Assembly (NCBI RefSeq): GCF_000014265.1
Contig: NC_008312.1
Location: forward strand, 510,001-542,000
Reading direction: 5' to 3'
DNA: 32,000 nt
Source: Trichodesmium erythraeum IMS101
GTDB taxonomy: Bacteria > Cyanobacteriota > Cyanobacteriia > Cyanobacteriales > Microcoleaceae
Positions 28,091 through 32,000 of this stretch are shown piece after piece. The position numbers and the translations under genes were made by a program. The first letter of the stretch is position 1. Each line of letters starts with the position of its first letter. The notes beneath the pieces were generated by a model. It saw nothing but the letters and a program-made list of their open reading frames with translations, did no database searches and was not told the origin of the DNA.

Positions 28091-29179
28091 TTAGTGTTTC
28101 CTAAATTCAATTCTTAATTGACATCCTCCCGGCGCTGCTGTACTTGAGACAGCAAGGGATTCTTTAGCATCAGTGTTAAGCGCTTTCTGCTTCATAGCAC
28201 TTGCCCTCTGAGATTTACTCTCTTCAGGTCTTACAGTCGCGACCCAGACTGACACTGCCTGCCCAGCAGCCAAAATGTTTATACTTGCGTTTATGTCCCT
28301 GTCATGGTGACTAGCACATTCAGGACAGTCCCATGCTCTAATATTTAAAGGTAATTTTTCTACTACATGACCACAATTAGAACAACGTTTAGAACTGAGA
28401 AAATATCTCTTAATTTTTATTAATGTACCACCATACCATTCAGCTTTGTATTCTAATTGTCTCAGTAATTCTACCCAATTAGCATCATTTATTGCTCTAG
28501 CTAATTTATGATTCTTGACCATGTTACCTGCAGCTAGATCATCAACTACAATAGTTTGGTTTTCTCTAATCAGTTTAGTTGTTAGCTTATGGGTGTAGTC
28601 TAGTCTTGAGTCTTTAATTAAGGCGTGTATCTTTGCTATTTGAAGTCTAGCTTTCTGATAATTATTAGACTTTTTACCTCTTTTTCTACTTAGAGACTTT
28701 TGATCACGCCTTAATTTTTTGTGTAACTTTTGAAGATTCTTTGGGTAGGCGACTTTTGCTCCATCGCTAGTAGTTACTAAGCTGTTGATTCCTAAATTAA
28801 TATAGACTTGGCCATCTTTACACTTAAAGGCTGCCTTAGTCAACTCAGTACTGCCACCGTGGCACTTTTTTTTTAATTTAGGATATTTAGTTCGTCCGCT
28901 AAAAAAGTTGTTGAAAGCAGTTTGTAAGTGTCTTAAGCCTTGCTGGAGCGGTACAATACTTACTTCAGTTAGAAAATCTAAATCTTCCTGTTTTTTCCAG
29001 TTGATCAGCATAGGTGAGGTTTGTTTGTAACCTACTCGTTCCTGGTATTCATACCAAGCTTGAGTTCTGACAGCTAAAGCTTTGTTGTAGACTAAACGCA
29101 CACAGCCCAATGTTTTCCTCACCAGACTTTCCTGCTGAGGAGTTGGGTAAAATCTAAATTTGTATGCTTTTTCAACCAT
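28091..29179 (-). CDS. tnpB: TnpB-like protein (IS200/IS605 OrfB family), open reading frame but atypical: shortened and with RuvC substitutions
   Basis: N-terminus AYKFRFYPTPQQESLVRKTLGCVRLVYNKAL. Zn-ribbon CSNCGHVVEKLPLNIRAWDCPEC. RuvC-III block HHDRDINASINILAAG. Tail AVSVWVATVRPEESKSQRASAMKQK. It reads INLGI where the family has IDLGI, and VVDDL where the family has VVE(N/D)L. At 362 aa it is shorter than the roughly 400 aa expected. Confidence 0.8.
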   Translation of the reverse strand: MVEKAYKFRFYPTPQQESLVRKTLGCVRLVYNKALAVRTQAWYEYQERVGYKQTSPMLINWKKQEDLDFLTEVSIVPLQQGLRHLQTAFNNFFSGRTKYPKLKKKCHGGSTELTKAAFKCKDGQVYINLGINSLVTTSDGAKVAYPKNLQKLHKKLRRDQKSLSRKRGKKSNNYQKARLQIAKIHALIKDSRLDYTHKLTTKLIRENQTIVVDDLAAGNMVKNHKLARAINDANWVELLRQLEYKAEWYGGTLIKIKRYFLSSKRCSNCGHVVEKLPLNIRAWDCPECASHHDRDINASINILAAGQAVSVWVATVRPEESKSQRASAMKQKALNTDAKESLAVSSTAAPGGCQLRIEFRKH

Positions 29180-29234
29180 CTACTGCTTACTTTTCAACAT
29201 CTAAATTCTAACAGATTATTTGTAAAACCGCAAG
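28091..29234 (-). mobile_element. tnpA-less IS200/IS605-family element (tnpB only); ends not resolved
   Basis: There is a TnpB ORF with no adjacent Y1 transposase. Similar subterminal strings occur on the coding strand at both sides: GGGGGATGAATGCCAATCAAT ending at 29235, and GGGAGGATGTCAAT ending at 28117. The boundaries are a guess from these strings only. Confidence 0.4.
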
Positions 29235-30345
29235 ATTGATTGGCATTCATCCCCCTTGGAAAGCTATCGCTTATAAGGAAATCTTGAAACATTTGTGAGA
29301 GTATTGGGAAGAGTGGGAGGAATAATTCTGTCTACAGCCTTCACTTCTTTGTGTCTAACTCAATACATTTTTCTCCCGCAAAAGCTAGGTCAAAACCTAC
29401 CCATAACTTGTCAATTTTGTCAAGTTTTATGTGAATAAAGATTTTTGTAAATCATAGCTGGGAAAGGGGGTAGAGGGGATAAGGTCTGAAAACAAACTCA
29501 GTTTCTAAATTTATTCACCCTAATACCAACAAATTTGATATCAAAAGTCAAAAGTTAAAAGTAATCTCTGACATCATGTCCACTGGCATCCTTTGTATAA
29601 ACCTAAGGGTGAATATCTACAGGAAATTTAATTTTTTCCAGCTTTTAAGTCTTCTTTGCTGAATTCAGGACTTACACATAACTACCATATTTAGTAGGGG
29701 TTAGTGGCCGTTAACTCCTGCCATTAATTCCTATAGATATTGTATTATACCACATCCTCCATTCCACTGTGCGATCGCCATTTTGGATTCAACCGGCCAA
29801 TACTCAGTTTCTAGAATCTCACTCTCTCTTAAGGTTATAATAGTATTTTTCCTCAGACTGCTACACCCCACTAAACTTAATATCATCAGCCCAAGCAATT
29901 TTTGGGAAGAACCTGTTTAGCAAGCCCATGGTCAAACTTTTTGGACTGTAGAAGTTTGGGCAGTTATCTCCTCAATAATTAGCCCTATTTCATCAATAGT
30001 AATGAGTTGAGAATGAGTTTAGCTTTTTCTACCTTGCTTAACCCCTCACTCATTACAGCGGTTTTCTGTCCATTTCCTACACAAATCTCAAAATTATAGA
30101 TTAATTAAGATCAAAAAATTCCGTAGTGTTATATAAGCAAAAAAGAGAAAGAATTCTCTAAGTAGGTAAGCATAAATAGAGGTTAATATAAAAAATATGA
30201 AAAAGTAGCTATAACCCAGTTTCCAATTTTTTACTGTTTTGAATTTTTCTTGCTATTGTACTAATAATTAAGTAGACCTACTTACTAAGAATTCTGAGCA
30301 AAATTTTTCTTAGTGTTGAAACTGTAAAATCTTAATGCATGACTT

Positions 30346-31866
30346 TTAACTTCCTTGAAATGGAGATGGGGTAGCGATCGCAGATTTGTTAACTACCTGT
30401 GAGACTGTAGTTTTACTAGTGCTCATACTATTTGCTTCAGTTTCAGTCCAACGCACCACCCAATTAGGCTGTATTCCTAGAACAACGATCATAACTGCTA
30501 AAACAATTGCTGGTATTCTATCAGACCATTTTACTGGAGGCAGATTGATTACTGTTTCAGATAACCTACCAAAAAATACTCGGTTAATTAAAAGCAAGAA
30601 ATAGGCTGATGTTAATCCTGTTCCAATCATACACAATAGAGTTGGAATTCTAAAAGCATTAAAACTGCCTCTAAATACTAAAAATTCAGAAATAAATCCA
30701 ACCATTCCTGGAATACCAGCACTTGCCATTACTCCTAAAATCATGAGACTGCCAACCATTGGTAAACCTTGTTCTGGGTTTAATAGACCTCGCAATAAAT
30801 CTATATCCCTTGTACCAGCTTTTTTGTAGACTATTCCCACTAATAAAAATAGTAGGCCTGAAATTAGACCGTGGCTAATCATTTGAAAAACTGTGCCCAA
30901 GATACTGAGGGGAGTTGCTGCTGCACTAGCTAACAAAATGTAACCCATGTGACCAACTGAACTATAAGCCACCATTTTTTTCATGTCTTTTTGAGCGATC
31001 GCATTAAGTGAACCGTAAATTACACTTACTACAGCCCACACTGCTAACCAGGGAGAAACATCTGCCCAAGCTTCAGGAAACATATTTAATCCAAATCTTA
31101 GCAAACCATAAGTTCCTAATTTTAATAGTACTCCTGCTAAGAGTACAGAAACTGGTGTAGAGGCTTCAACATGGGCATCTGGCAACCATGTATGAAAGGG
31201 AACTAGGGGAATTTTAATTCCAAACCCGACAACTATTGCTCCTAATAATAATAGTTGAGTTCCTAAAGGTAGAGTATGGACAACTGCTTGGTCATAAGCA
31301 AAATTTGACGAACCACTTAACCAAACTACTCCAAGAAAGCCTACTAAGATTAGGATTCCTGAAATTGCTGTATAAATAAGAAATTTAGTGGATGCGTAAC
31401 CCCGTTTTAGTCCTCCCCAAATTGCAATTAATAGGTATAAAGGAATAAGTTCGAGTTCATAAAACAGGAAAAACAGTAGTAAATCTTGAGCAAGAAAGGC
31501 TCCAAATACACTAAGGGCCAATAATAATATTAAGGAGTAATAAAAACGAGGTCTATTAATTGATTCATCTGTAGCATATATGGCAATAGTGGTTAATATA
31601 CCGTTTAATACCACTAATGGTAGAGATAAACCGTCTATTCCTAAGGAGTAGTTTAGGCCTAGGGAATCTATCCAGGGAACCATAACAACAAATTGTTGAT
31701 TTGGATCTTGTGTATTGAATTGGGTAAGTAACACCAAAGACCATAAAAGACTAATGATGGCCACTATTAAAGCTAGTTGGCGGGCCAATTTTGGCGATAG
31801 GTAACTTGGCCAAAAACCAATAATACCAGCACCAATTAGTGGTACTAAGATGAGACTATTGAGCAT
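30346..31866 (-). CDS. ndhD4: NAD(P)H-quinone oxidoreductase chain 4 (NuoM/NdhD family), CO2-uptake paralogue NdhD4
   Basis: 506-aa polytopic NuoM-family protein (FFLFYELELIPLYLLIAIWGG, PLVPFHTWLPDAHVEASTPVSVLLAGVLLKLGTYG, KKMVAYSSVGHMGY). The D4 assignment rests on co-orientation with cupB downstream. Confidence 0.8.
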   Translation of the reverse strand: MLNSLILVPLIGAGIIGFWPSYLSPKLARQLALIVAIISLLWSLVLLTQFNTQDPNQQFVVMVPWIDSLGLNYSLGIDGLSLPLVVLNGILTTIAIYATDESINRPRFYYSLILLLALSVFGAFLAQDLLLFFLFYELELIPLYLLIAIWGGLKRGYASTKFLIYTAISGILILVGFLGVVWLSGSSNFAYDQAVVHTLPLGTQLLLLGAIVVGFGIKIPLVPFHTWLPDAHVEASTPVSVLLAGVLLKLGTYGLLRFGLNMFPEAWADVSPWLAVWAVVSVIYGSLNAIAQKDMKKMVAYSSVGHMGYILLASAAATPLSILGTVFQMISHGLISGLLFLLVGIVYKKAGTRDIDLLRGLLNPEQGLPMVGSLMILGVMASAGIPGMVGFISEFLVFRGSFNAFRIPTLLCMIGTGLTSAYFLLLINRVFFGRLSETVINLPPVKWSDRIPAIVLAVMIVVLGIQPNWVVRWTETEANSMSTSKTTVSQVVNKSAIATPSPFQGS

Positions 31867-32000
31867 TTATTTATATTTTCCTTTAACGTCAAGATACAAA
31901 TTGATTAACTACAAATAACTTATTACAATATAATAGTATTCTTTGTGTCTAAAAGCAGATTATAAGAATCAACGTGATCAAATTGAACTAAATATGATAG

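Noticed and set aside
29700-30060. Possible fragment of a methyl-accepting chemotaxis protein signalling domain on the minus strand (…IDEIGLIIEEITAQTS…)
   Set aside because: The similarity is limited to a few residues, the diagnostic NLLALNAAIEAARAGE continuation is missing, and stops surround it. This is too weak to call.
1-32000. tRNA, rRNA, tmRNA, RNase P and SRP RNA genes
   Set aside because: I scanned for T-loop-like GGTTCGAATCC/GGTTCAAATCC strings, tmRNA ends and SRP GGAAGCAGCC-type cores and saw none. A covariance-model scan is still needed to be certain.

Overview
This is an AT-rich chromosomal segment (GC not computed) from a filamentous, Nostocales-like cyanobacterium. The HIP1 octamer GCGATCGC occurs at least 18 times by my count. 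The gene set includes an AMIN-domain AmiC amidase, ndhD4-cupB CO2-uptake genes, heme oxygenase, DUF3110, DUF3352 and a giant TamB/TIC236-type protein.

I can support 12 apparently intact genes: the 3' end of der, a YeiH-family transporter, ho1, a GHL10 hydrolase-like gene, a class-A-like serine hydrolase, amiC, murQ, DUF3110, tamB (2322 aa), DUF3352, cupB/chpX and ndhD4. There is also one open tnpB-like ORF. By my coordinates only about two thirds of the window is intact coding sequence.

The rest is long AT-rich spacer. It holds at least four recognisable gene remnants: IS630-like and IS5-like transposases, a STAND NTPase and a PKS acyltransferase domain. It also holds tandem repeats (a perfect 126-bp duplication, a 14-bp minisatellite, heptamer STRR-like arrays) and short dispersed repeats. 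This is the pattern expected of an eroding genome. I saw no rRNA, tRNA or CRISPR array, and no convincing new multi-gene or defence-type system.

The most unusual locus is a tnpA-less IS200/IS605-type element. Its TnpB ORF is still open but internally shortened, and it is substituted at two of the three RuvC catalytic positions. It is co-oriented between ndhD4 and cupB and ends 4 nt before the cupB start codon. It may simply be decaying, or it may be a nuclease-attenuated RNA-guided derivative coupled to cupB expression.

All homology statements come from reading the translations and from family knowledge, not from database searches.
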